64,000 bases of DNA from Lama glama (lineage: Eukaryota): NCBI GenBank assembly GCA_028534125.1, contig JAPYYK010000093.1:1612001-1676000 (forward strand), written 5' to 3'. Numbering within the stretch: position 1 is the stretch's first letter; each line of letters opens with the position of its first letter. This document shows positions 12,601-23,699 of this stretch, in pieces. The notes beneath the pieces are model-generated. The model worked only from the letters and a program-made list of their open reading frames with translations. It made no database searches and was not told where the DNA came from. A program made the translations under genes and the position numbers.

Positions 12601-15600
12601 CTGGGTCAGGGGCTTGGGCAGCAGCTGAGGATGGAGCTGCTCTGCCCTCACCTACTGACCCACCTGTGCCCCTAGAACCCCACGGTGAAGGACCTCATCA
12701 GCTTCGGCCTGCAGGTGGCCCGCGGCATGGAGTACCTGGCAGAGCAGAAGTTTGTGCACAGGGACCTGGCTGCTCGGAACTGCATGTGAGCTGCCAGAGC
12801 AGCTGGGGATAAGCAAGGGGGCAGAGCATCAGGGCCTGCAGCTAAGCTGCACCTCAGGAAGGGGCCCACGCTCCAGCCCTTGCTGTGCAGCCCTGGACAT
12901 GTCCTCCTGTCTCTGGGTCTGTTTTCCTGTCTACCCTGTGCAGTCTTGGATTGGACATTGTGGCTCAGAAACCCTGTTCGGGCCGGGACAGGTGGGTTCA
13001 GGGCCTGGTAGGGGCCAGTCCTGAGAGTGATTCCCTTTCCAGGCTGGATGAGTCATTCACGGTCAAAGTGGCTGATTTTGGTCTGGCCCGCGACGTCCTG
13101 GACAAGGAATACTACAGTGTCCAACAGCACCGCCACGCTCGCCTACCTGTCAAATGGATGGCTCTCGAGAGCCTACAGACTTACAGATTCACCACCAAGT
13201 CTGATGTAGTAAGGCCCCACCTGCCCCAGGGCCCACATTGCTTCAGCGTCCTGGGAGGACACTCAGCCTGGACTTGCCCATTAGCTCCGGATGATGATCT
13301 GAGTCCAGGGAATTCCCTAGCTGGGCAGCACCCCCAGCCCATTTGCCCACCTCTGGGCAGATGTCAGGGCAAGAGAAGGCTATGAACTCCAGACAATCTG
13401 GGCCCTGCCCAACACCAACTCTGGGCAGGCTCGAGTGGTGGGTGGGGACAGAGGGAAGAAGCTGGTGAGGTTTTGAGGAATGGGCTCTGATTGGGGGGTC
13501 AAGCCCCTCCATTCCAGCTAGAGGGCTCTGAGAGGTAGAGGAGCTGGGGGGACCCACCTGTCTCCAAATTTGGGGTAAGAGTTCAGTCCCTTCACCTCTC
13601 TCCTCCCACAGTGGTCATTTGGTGTGCTGTTATGGGAGCTGCTGACACGGGGTGCCCCACCATACTCCCACATTGACCCTTTTGACCTCGCTCACTTCCT
13701 GGCCCAGGGTCGCCGCCTGCCCCAGCCTGAGTATTGCCCCGATTCTCTGTGAGTATGTGGAAGTGGTGATGGGGAGTGAGCTAGGCCCCAGAGACAAGAA
13801 AGAGGCTGGAGACAGAGTCCTTGCCTGATTCTTTGACTGATTCTCTGGCTGACCTGGAAAGGGACCCTCTCTGGGCCTCAGTTTCCTCATCTGCGGATTG
13901 GTTCCACCCCTATTCCGGGCTGGGTGCTGGAAGAATATCACAGTTGCCATGGTAACAGCATTTCCTAACTCAGTCTGGATTGAGGCCAGTGATTTGATTT
14001 CCCAGCACTCCTCTCCACCCACCCCCACCAAGGGGGGCTGTTTTCCATCTTTTCCTCTTTCTTAACCTCAAGGAAATGTTCCATTAGCTCCCACACTAGC
14101 CCCTCCCCCCCATCAGCAGATCAGATTTTTTTTTCCACTGGGTATAGTTTTAGATTGCCTGTTCCCAGAGGTATGACGGCCGCTGTGTTTCATCAGTGCC
14201 TGATGGGTGGTTTTGGTGCCCAGGTTCAGCTTCATAAGCAGCACACATGCCTCAGCTGTGCTGAAGTCTCTGGTCAGAACAGGAAGAACACAGGTAAAGG
14301 TGGTTGATGAGTCCTATCCAATCTGTGTTCCAGAAGGGTATGAGTAATCCTTCCTCACTGCCCTGCCTGCCTTGGGTTTGCTCTTTATTATTTACATCAC
14401 TAATGCGTCTGATTCAAAGTAAGGGAAATTAGGGGGAGGGTATATCTCAGTGGTAGAGTGTGTGTTTAGCATGCACGAGGTCCTGGGTTCAATTTCTAGT
14501 ACGTCCACTTAAAATAAATAAATAAACCTAATTCCCTCCCCCTGCAAAACAAAACCAAACAAAAAACAAAGTAAAGGAAATTAACTTCACTGTCTATTTG
14601 CCTATATTGCAGTCTCCCTAAACAGACTCTGAGATGGAGATTTACGTGCAGAGGGTTTATTGGTAGACTGGGGGTGAGAGAAGCAGGACTAGGCAGGGGA
14701 AGAAGTTGGCCTGTGATGCAGATGCAACAGAAGCTACAGCCTATGCCCTGGAAACCTCTGACACTGGAAAGGCCCTTCGGAGTTTTCTGAAATTGAGATC
14801 AAGGGGCCCAGCTGTTTGCACCAGACATTAGTCAGTCACTGGTCACAGCTGTCCCTGAGGAAGGAGTGTGAACTTGTAGGAGGCATTTCTTTTCTGCCTA
14901 GGGCAATTCCTAGTCAGGGCCTCAGCCAAGAGCCATCAGCAGCCACAGGCAGAATAAAGGGGGGGTATCTGGGTGGCATACCACAGCATCCTCTATTTCA
15001 GGGCAAGTCCCTTCTCTCTGGGCCTCAGTTTTTCTCATCTGGAAAGTTGGAATGATAACAGTCCCACCTTCAGAGGGTCTAAAAAGTATATGAGATTATT
15101 GTGTGTAGGGCAGTTTTAGTATCATTTAAGGCAGGGATAATATTTCCAAGATAAAGGCGGATGTATTAGAACTCACCCGACAAACCCAGAGACACTTGCT
15201 TGGGAACCATTGTGCCATGTGCTGCCCCACACATCTCAGGCCTTTTAATCCCCAGATCTGGGCTTCCTTCCTGGAAGATATGTGATGATAACCATGATAG
15301 CTTGTGAGTTGGGCCCTAAGCTAAGAACTGCACAGGCATCCTCTCACCTTATGCCCCAATACCTCTGTGATCAGAGAAGGATCCAGAGGCACAGAGTTAA
15401 GGAACTTGCTCAAGATCACATAGCCCAGGTCACAGGGCACAGGAGCCCAACCTCTTAGCTCCCTGATGCAATTCAACCTTGCCAAGTTGGGAAGGAGAAG
15501 AGCTGCCCCTAATTGGGCGATGTGAGGCACCAGGTCCTGTCACCTGCCCTCACCCCTGTGTGGCCTGCCGGGTGGTAACAGCAGGCAGATGGCCCGGAGT

Positions 15601-15904
15601 CTCTGGGTGCAGTGCACCATGCCTCTGACGTTTTCCTCCACTTGGTAGGTATGCAGTGATGCAGCACTGCTGGGCTGCAGATCCTGCAGCAAGACCCACC
15701 TTTGGAGTGCTGGCAGGGGAAGTGGAGCGCATGGTGGCCACACTGCGAGGAGACCACTACGTGCAGCTGCCCGTGGCCTATGTGAACGTGGGCCCTGGCA
15801 CCTCTGACAAGGCAAACCTGTCATCGGAACAGTCGCCGTCCCCATCAGTGCACAGGAGCACAGGGCGGCCCCGGCCCCTCTCAGAGCCACCAAGGCCCAC
15901 GTGA
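3594..15904 (+). CDS. MST1R: Macrophage-stimulating protein receptor RON, receptor tyrosine kinase; complete 20-exon CDS, 1400 aa
   Basis: Exons, all GT-AG: 3594-4826, 7683-7871, 7946-8074, 8253-8423, 8737-8897, 9234-9399, 9512-9648, 10079-10240, 10336-10429, 10586-10795, 10897-11043, 11124-11286, 11438-11539, 11615-11821, 12176-12256, 12401-12582, 12676-12785, 13043-13208, 13612-13748, 15649-15904. Sum 4203 nt = 1400 aa + stop. Signal peptide [19 protein letters not shown], Sema domain, KRRRR furin site (4509-4523), PSI/IPT domains, TM helix in exon 12, kinase motifs [24 protein letters not shown], and C-terminal YVQL..YVNV docking site. Confidence 0.97.
7330..7450 (+). mobile_element. MIR SINE fragment
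   Basis: MIR core 'aacctctgtgagccagtttccttctctgtaatatgggg...ggctgtgagga'. Confidence 0.55.
11900..12030 (+). mobile_element. MIR SINE fragment
   Basis: 'ctgtgtgacctgagg...aacctctctgagcctccatttgctcatctgg'. Confidence 0.55.
13943..13956. promoter_or_regulatory. RFX X-box in MST1R intron 19
   Basis: GTTGCCATGGTAAC, a canonical X-box. Confidence 0.55.
14432..14567 (+). mobile_element. tRNA-derived SINE (camelid Vic-1-like) with 16-bp TSD
   Basis: GGGGAGGGTATATCTCAGTGGTAGAG (A box)...GGTCCTGGGTTCAAT (B box), then an A-rich tail. TSD aaagtaagggaaatta (14416-14431) / aaagtaaaggaaatta (14568-14583). Confidence 0.85.
14595..14995 (-). mobile_element. Ancient ERVL-type LTR relic (LTR16/LTR33-like)
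   Basis: 'cagactctgagatggagatttacgtgcagagggtttattgg' resembles these LTR families in reverse orientation; recognised by eye only. Confidence 0.45.
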
Positions 15905-16079
15905 CCTCAGCCCCAGGCAGGACCCGAGGGATCGGACCTGTGTAATGGTGGGAGTTAACCCAAGCTGCCTCTGGGCTGGCCTCTGCCGGTCCCTGCCTCT
16001 CAGCCTTCAGGGGCATAGGAAGGTGCAAGGCACAATGGCCTCTCACTCCACAGAGGGAACCAGTGAGGGGATCCTTGAT

Positions 16080-16480
16080 GCAGTATTTATGGAATGTCTG
16101 CTGTGTGCCTGGCTGCTGGGCACAGGGGACTCAATGGTGACCACTGGCCCTTGAATCAGTAAATGAATAAATGAGTATTCAAGTTCAAATTGTGATAAAT
16201 GCTGTGAAAGAAACAGACAGGCTGTTTTGAGGGAATGGAGGGCAGCTTTAGATATCGAGATGAATAGAAAGGTGTGGGAAGCCACCCCAGGAGGTGACAT
16301 TTTTTTCTGAGACTTTGTCAGTGGGAACTGTGCCAGAAGCAGTTGAGGGAAGAGAGTTTTGGGCAGAGTGAACAGCGCATGAAAAGACCCTGAGGCTGGA
16401 AAGGGTTTGAGTCAGCAAGAAGGCTCCAGAGAACAGGAAGGGTAGGCAAGGCCCAGATCTAGGGCCCTGGGGACTTTTGG
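16080..16480 (-). mobile_element. L2 relic overlapping the MST1R 3' end
   Basis: 'gtatttatggaatgtctgctgtgtgcc', 'ggaggtgacattt', 'gggcagagtgaacagcgcatgaaaagaccctgaggc'. Confidence 0.5.
16166..16171 (+). terminator. Candidate MST1R polyadenylation signal (AATAAA)
   Basis: First AATAAA I found after the stop codon at 15904, about 260 nt downstream; it lies inside an L2-like relic. Confidence 0.45.
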
Positions 16481-16633
16481 ATGGAACCAGGAGGGGTAGG
16501 TTGAGTACCCAGACATGTAGCAGTCAGGGTGGCTTCTCCCACTGCCCAGTCTGCCTGTCCCATTTTCCAGGCCCCAGTTCCTCTCCAGGGCTCCCTGCTC
16601 TACCTGCTATCTTCCCCCAACACCCCCTCCTAC

Positions 16634-16703
16634 CACACACACACACACACACACACGTGCACACACGCACGCATACACGTGCACACACACACTCACGCGC
16701 ACA
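16634..16703. repeat. (CA)n / alternating purine-pyrimidine microsatellite
   Basis: cacacacacacacacacacacacacgtgcacacacgcacgcatacacgtgcacacacacactcacgcgcacac. Confidence 0.9.
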
Positions 16704-19700
16704 CTGTCAAGGTGTGGAGACTTGCTTCCCTCCACCCCATCCCTGACAACATTGCTCTTGCAACCTTGAGAGAGATGAGCCAGTAGCAAGGCTGGCTCAC
16801 CAGCGTCGAGGTGCAGACTGCTCAGGCTGTTTATACGCATCAAGGCCACTGTACAACACCCACTGGAGGGGCAGACTCCACTGGAGAAGGAGAACAACTT
16901 CCTTCTGGTCCCACCCCTCCCCCACGCCCCCAATGCTGAGGGGGCATCTGGGCCCTGCTGGTGTAGATAGCTGGGGTATCAGGGTGACTGGGCCCAACAC
17001 ATGCACCCTGGTGGTTCCTCTCTCTTGCTCCAGATCCCCATGGCCTCTATCCCACCAGCTGGGAGACCCCACCACACCCAAAGGGGAGTAGACTGCCTCT
17101 CCTTTGGGTCCGCAGCTCTTTGCCTTGTCATCTGTGGAACCCTGGGTCTCCTTGGGGCTGGAGCTGGCCAGCTGTTTTCTACCCATACTCTCACCTCAGG
17201 CCACAGGGAGGCCCAGCTATGGGGAGCCTAAGGACCCTGAGGACAGGTAGGTAAAAGACTTCTCCACTCAAGCGCAGGGGTCTGAAGGTCAGGGCCCTAT
17301 GAGCTGGTGAAGGGTAGAGGCTGACTCAGTCTCTACCTGTTTGACTGCACCTCTAATGCCCAAGAGTGCAGGCACAGAGGAGATGGTAGCCCTACATGCT
17401 CTTCCAGAGACCCCTGGGCTCCCACCTATCATGTCACCCCTGAGGCTGGGAGAGAGGAGACTGGACTGTACTCCCACAGTGCTGGAGTATTCCAGAGCTG
17501 TGGTCCCCATACTTGTTGGAAAGGACCGTCTCCAGCCTTCCAAGGTGCAGTCCTCGTGCCCTAACCTCATCCTGGGCATCTAAGGGTCATCCAAGCCCCA
17601 AGCCCTGGGTGGGGAGTGAGGAGAAGGTTCAGAGGCTTCTCTGAAGCTGGTCTGAGGTTCCTTCTCCACTGAGCCTCTGCAGCTTATGGACCTCTAGCTT
17701 ACCTGTTCGTAAGAGAGGGGCTCAGAGAAGAAGGGGGTCTCTGGATGGGAGGGAAGCTTAGAAAGGAGAGGAGTCTGGGAGAAGGAAGATGGAAGACGCT
17801 CAAGGGGTATCAGGTTTCCTGTGCAGCCAGAATGTGGGACTTTGGGCCTGTTTCTGGGCCAAGGGTCTCCAGGCCCAGGAGTCTCCAGGGAGAGGACACA
17901 GTTAAGCAGGGGCTTGGCACAGCTGCATCTCCTCCCCATAATGCTGCAGCCCCCAATCACCTAACTGTTCTCAAAGCCACTTGATAGTCCTGAGTCCATC
18001 TGGAGTGTTAGGAGCTGGAACTGCTTCAGGGCTTCAGATTCCTGACCGGGCCACCAGGGAGGAGAGGAAGGGAGGGTTATATCTAGGCCCCCAGATGGGC
18101 TGGGGGGACCAGGAGTTTTCTGAATGGCTTCCAGGGCTAGTGAAGGCTGGGCTGCCTTTCTCCTGGGGGGGGTACTGAGTAGTGGCTGGAGCAAGAGGAA
18201 AGTTGTTGGTGGACATGGTGGGCCTAGGCCTGCCATGAGGGTGGGATGGGGTGAGGACGGGTTTTTCTCTAGGGCTCTGGGAGTCCAGTCTTCCCATCAT
18301 GAGTTGTAGACAGCAAGTATCAGCTCCTCTGCCTCAATTTCAGAGAGGCTGGGGGGCAAGCAGTTGCCAGTAAAGGCTGGAGGAAGGCCAGGATGGGAGC
18401 CGGGGCTGAGGTGGCAGCAGATGACTCACACCCTCCTGACTGCCCATGGGTGTCATGTTGTCTGGCACCTGGAGGGCATGCACAGGGTAGACCCACCTGC
18501 TTTGACGGGGGCCCATGAGTCTGGTCTGAGATTCCCCTTATGCCAAAGCCTTAGCCTTTCAGAGAGTTTCCTCAGAGACCCCAAGGCGCTCTGGGGGTCA
18601 CACCTGAGGGCTCCAGGCATAGCCTCATTTCAACTCTGAGACCTTCCTGAAATAGCAGCTTCATCAGTCACTCCCTTGGTGCAGCCCATGAGGTCCCGGG
18701 TCCACCTCTGCTGCCATTTCAGGAACTGACTCCCTTCACTTCTAGGAGAGAGCAGGACCCCTCAGTGCCAGGTAGGGTCAGGGGACATGGGGGCAGCTGC
18801 AAGTTTCTGAGGCTTTGGAAGGCCCAGGACACATCTCTTGCACTTACTGCCTCAGCCTGGAGAGAAGCAGCCCTGGGAATCAGAAGCTGAGCCCTGGTCT
18901 GGGATCTGCCAGGCTCCTTTTACTCATGCTGGGCTGGAAAATTTCTCCTTGAAGACCTCAGGAACTGAGCATCTCTTCACCCCAAGCCTATGCTTTGCCC
19001 ATGTGAGAGTCCAACCAGCCAGGAGGTGGTTGCTGAACCACCCCCAACATTTCCCATCTGGCACAGAGGGGCCAGCTGAGCCTCAGTCTCTCCCTTCATT
19101 CTTTTGAGGCTTATTCAAGTCTAGATTTTTAACCCAACAAGCCTAGAGGCCAAGAGAGCCTGGACAGCTACCACATTCATCTCTGGCTATGGTGGCCTCC
19201 TGGGTGGCCTGGGTTCTTCAGGTCTAAAGATGATGACCTGGCATCGGTCCTGCTGACATGTTTCTGGGGAGCCCCCTCTCCAAAGGAAAAGGAATTCCTT
19301 GGGTGGCCCCAGTCACTCTGCCCTCGTGAGTGCCCACCCTGGTCTCTCTAACCCAGCCAGCAGTTCTTAGTCACCCCCATCCTCCACTGAGCCTGGGTTC
19401 CTCAGGGACCCTGAGGGAGGGCAGCTCTCCTCACACCCCCTTTGCAGGTGTGCTCGGAGGTCTCTTCTTGGCAGTCATGAAGTCCTGCATGTTCTGACAG
19501 CAATTCCTTCCCCTCATCCTTTGCTGGTTCCTACTCCCAGGGAGGGTAAGGCGCTCGCTCCAGTCCCTAAGCCAGCTGTGGACAGCTGTCAGGGTGGCTG
19601 TGCTGTGGTCCTCCCTCCTGGCTGGTGCAGCTGGCCATCTTTCACGCAGAGTTACGTAAGCTTGAGTCAATTGGAGCTCAGAGCGGTTCATTGTGGGCTA

Positions 19701-20936
19701 TTTTTAAGCTGTAACACATCACAGCAGAGGGGTCACTGCACCATGGCTTGCAGGGAACGTTGTTTAAACAGTTGTTATTTGAATTTCTCCGTGCCTTAGA
19801 GCTCAAGAGCCACGTCCTCCTGCACTCTTGGGTTTTGCCTTTCACATCCCAGACGAGGAGTGGATTATCACCCCTCATCTTGCCATAGCTTCCTCTAGGA
19901 CTGGGGTTCCCTGCACCGTGACTGCGTTCCTTTGGGGCCAGGTGGGTGGGCAGAGAGAAGGTGTGCCAGCTCCTTCAAACATGGTGTTGCCTCCAAGGAA
20001 TGGGTAGACTGACCAGGAGAGACTGCCAGGGAAGCAGGAAGTTAGGGTTCACAGGGAGGAGAGGAAAACGCAGAGTGCTGTGTATAGAGCTGAGAGACCA
20101 AGAGTGCAGCCTTTGTCCTCGGGGGCTTTGGTTTCCCATCAGTACCTAGAGAGGGTTGATCACAATGTCCTTCTGGGTCTCTTCAAAAGCCTGCCTTTGC
20201 CTGGGCTGTTCCCCTATCTGGGGTGCCCTCCCTCCACAGATCTAAATGCTACCCATGTACAGCCTCTGGGATAGAAGGGCTGGTGTGTGAGCCCCTGGAC
20301 AGTGGGCAGGGATGAATGTTTGGGGAAACAGGCATTGATTTTCACTCCATTATCAAGTGGTTGGCTGCACTGGGAGCCCTCTCAGCCTCCTTTTGATCCT
20401 AGGTTTTTGGAGATGTTTAGAGTCTTCCCAGAGTCCCAGGAGGGGAAGGCAGGTAGACTGGAAGAGTGCAGGGCCAGGGACTTGACAGAGCTGACTCCTG
20501 AGAACACAACAGAGCCAAAAATACGTCTGTGTGGGAGAAGCAGGTCTGGAAGACTCGGCTGGTCACGGAGCTCTGGGTAGAATGGAGCTCCTATGCCTCT
20601 CCTCTTGATGCCCTTCCTACCCACCATCCTCCAGGCCTCCTTGGTGGGAGGATTCCAGCCTGATCCACAGGGAAGGAGGGTTTCTCAGAGTGAGGTGACT
20701 CACCCCATCTCCTGAAGTCTGACCCTCTCCACAGGGGCCTTCCCCCTCTCTCTAGGCCTGCCTGGAAGGGGTCAGGTGAAGTGTGAAGGGAGGCAATGCT
20801 GGAATCTGCCCTCACAGAGGAGCCTCTGCCTGGCCTTGCCCTCAGACTGAACTCCTTCCTGTTGCTTCTGGGCCCCTTCATCCCAGACAGCTCTCAGCCT
20901 GGGGAATGGGCTCAGCCTGGGGGAGGGGCTCTCCAG

Positions 20937-20950
20937 GTTTCCATGGTAAC
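20937..20950. promoter_or_regulatory. RFX X-box, MST1R-ACTL11 intergenic
   Basis: GTTTCCATGGTAAC, a canonical X-box. Confidence 0.55.
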
Positions 20951-21469
20951 ATGTTGGCCCTCCTCACTTTCCAGAATCAGAAATAGAATTGGATGCCCTT
21001 CTTCCTGGTGAGAGACTATTTAAAAACATGTTGGGGGGAGGGGTACAGGGGCAATGTCCCTGCCTGATCCCAGGGGGCTGGGCAGAAGAGGCCCAGCTTG
21101 GGAGCCTCTCTAAACTGCCCTGCTGCCCCTCCCCTCGGCTGGATGAAACGGAAGGGGCTTCAGCCAGCCAAGAATTCTGACTACAAAGGACTCAGCTTGG
21201 TCCCCCAGGTATGTAACTAGCCCCTACTCAGCACCGCCAGGTTCCTGGGAGGGCACTGATTTAGTGGCACGAAAAGGAAAAAATGCTCCCCTCCTAAAAA
21301 TGCCCACCTGCTAAGCTGTTGGGAAGAGGAGCAGGTCCATGTGGGTTGGAGTTTGGGGAGGCAGCACTCAGAAGCAAGGCATGTTGGCTCCCCTCCAGGA
21401 GGGTCCGTGCCTACATGGCCCTGGGCAGGCACCCAGTGGTGGCACCATAGGTTCCTGAAGTGTGGTATC

Positions 21470-21660
21470 TAGAGCCTGGTGGCCTGGCTTTGGATTCTGG
21501 CTCGACAACTCATTAGCTGCGACCTCTGTGAGTTCTCTCCCCTCTGTACCTTGATTTCCTCGTTTGTAAAATAAGGATGATTGTCTCCGGCTCACTGAAC
21601 TGCTGTGAAGCTGGGTTACAATGCTCAGCGCTGCCTGGCCCAGGGAAGGACCCAGTCAGT
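21470..21660 (+). mobile_element. MIR SINE fragment
   Basis: 'cattagctgcgacc...ctctgtaccttgatttcctcgtttgtaaaataaggatga'. Confidence 0.55.
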
Positions 21661-23647
21661 AGTTGTCACTCTTCTTGTTGCTCTCAAGGGTGTTTGCTTT
21701 CCAGGTAGGAAGAGCCTTCTCCTCTCTCCAGACTGCCTTCTTTGGTCCCTCCTTCACAGGCCACACCCTTCTCAGGTCAGTAGTTCACAAGGATCCAGCC
21801 CTGGAAAGGATGATTACGCCTCATTTCCGCAGGATGTTGGGGATGGCTCAGTGGTCAGACAGGCAGGAGCTTTCAGGTCCTCCCTCCATGCCTCCCCAGC
21901 CCTCCCAGGTGCAGCCCAGCTGAAGGGCTGCAAGAGCATCAGAGGCTGCTACTAGTATCTCTCTTGTGGGGAAAAACAAAACAAAATATAAAAAAACAGT
22001 TTGCTCCAGGCAAGAGATTAACGAAGTTAACAGTGCTCAGCAAGTATGTGTGCGTATGCACACACGTGCAAGCCACAGACCCTGGGGTTCTGCCACCTTC
22101 CTGGGTGTGTGGTAAGCAGAGGCATCTGTCCTCATTTGGAACTGAAGGCAGCATCTGGGGAAGGGAGAGGGGTCCCGGGGGGCCTGAGACATGACTGAGT
22201 CAGGCTGTGCCCAATCCCAAGTCAGGAATGTGCAGATAGAGCTCAGTGCTAGCCTTGGTCCCTGGTCACATCGCTTCACACCCCACAGCCCAACTGTAAG
22301 CACTATTTTTAACTCCTGTGAAAACACACTGCTTCAGAAGACAAGCCTACAGCTGCATTCTCCACAGACCTGTTTCCTAGGTGGAAAGACTGAGGCCTGA
22401 GAGGCCAGCCCTGGACAACAGAGGGAGGAGACCCAGAGCTCATAGCTGAGGGAGGGTGGAGGGTCTGACCCTGCCCCAGGCAGAACTCCAGAGCCAGGCC
22501 TGTGGAAATAGGTGGTACCCCAAACTAGGCCTGTCCTCTGTGGCTGCAGGGCACATCTGGGCCTGGGATGGTGGGCCAGGCAGGTCCTACTCCTCCCTGA
22601 CCCTCAGTTTGCCCATCTAAGAAATGGAGGGTGGAACTGCCCACCTGGTCTGACAGCTTCCTTTCCTGTATGCCTCTCCAAGTTTATTCCTTTGTCCAGC
22701 TTGTCCTCCCTATGTATGCAGCTGTGCCCACTGTGTGTCCAGTCCCACACCCACCATACCCCCATTGTGTAGCGAGCCCTCTGCCCACTGTGAGAATGGC
22801 CCTGTAACCACTGTATCCCCACTATGCCCCATCCTGTAATTGTGACTTGACTGGCCCAGTGTCCACTGTGGCCTAGGCCTATGCCCAGTGTTCTAGCCTC
22901 CTTCTGGCCAAGGTGAAATTGACACAATGTGACAAAGGCTAGAACATTCTGACTTGAGGATTCTGAGCAGAGGCCCCACCCCCGTCCAAGTTGTGCCCAT
23001 CCCCACCCCTGTGAGATACTGGTCCTGGGCCTCAAGGACATGTGGCTCTGGGGAGGGGGCTCTGGGAGGCACAGGCAGAGGAGAACCATCTGGAGCAGAA
23101 AGACTGCCAAGGAGCTGCTGTCCCTGGAGTGGGAGCCGGGGAACATGGGGGAGGGGAGTTTGGGCCTGAGCCTGGGCCCCTCACCCACTTCTGCCTCTTA
23201 GGACTGAGTGGTGAAGGAGCTTTGGACCCCCAAAGGGCCTCATGTCACACACTTGGAACTGCATCCCTGGGTCAGGGTTTAAGTCTCAAGTTGCCACTTG
23301 GGAACTGGGCAGAAAGAGTAAGTCTGGCATCTGAGGTAGACTGGGAACGCAGGGGCTTCCTCAGCATCTCCTCTGCCTACCTTTCTCCCTTGGCCTTATA
23401 CACACTCCCACCTCCAGGAGCACTGCCCTCACGCAAGGGCTGGCCTGGGCCGAGTGGCCACCTGGCTGGCAAGGAGAGAGGAGGCCAGTCCAGAGTTGGC
23501 CAGTCCAGTGGATGGCCACTGGCATCCCTTGGCCTTTCTGTCCCCCAGGGTTCCATGGGCAGGCCCCCACTCCTCAGGGGGGTGGGGCCCCTGGTTTCCC
23601 ACACTCTATCACCCTCCCCCAGGTCACTGGGGGCTGTGATGTGTGGA

Positions 23648-23661
23648 GTTGCCATGGCAAT
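23648..23661. promoter_or_regulatory. RFX X-box just upstream of the ACTL11 ATG
   Basis: GTTGCCATGGCAAT, 13/14 match to the palindromic X-box GTTGCCATGGCAAC, ending 38 nt before the ATG. Confidence 0.7.
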
Positions 23662-23699
23662 GAAGTGGGGGCAGGGCACCTAGGGCATGGAGCAGGACT

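Noticed and set aside
14432-14505. tRNA-Ala-like gene
   Set aside because: Degenerate stems, an A-rich tail and TSDs show it is a SINE, not a tRNA gene. The same applies to the copies at 54795 and 57693.
22604-23683. 194-aa (-) and 213-aa (+) ORFs upstream of ACTL11
   Set aside because: No recognisable domain; such lengths are expected by chance in GC-rich DNA; the + ORF stops at 23683 and is not continuous with ACTL11.
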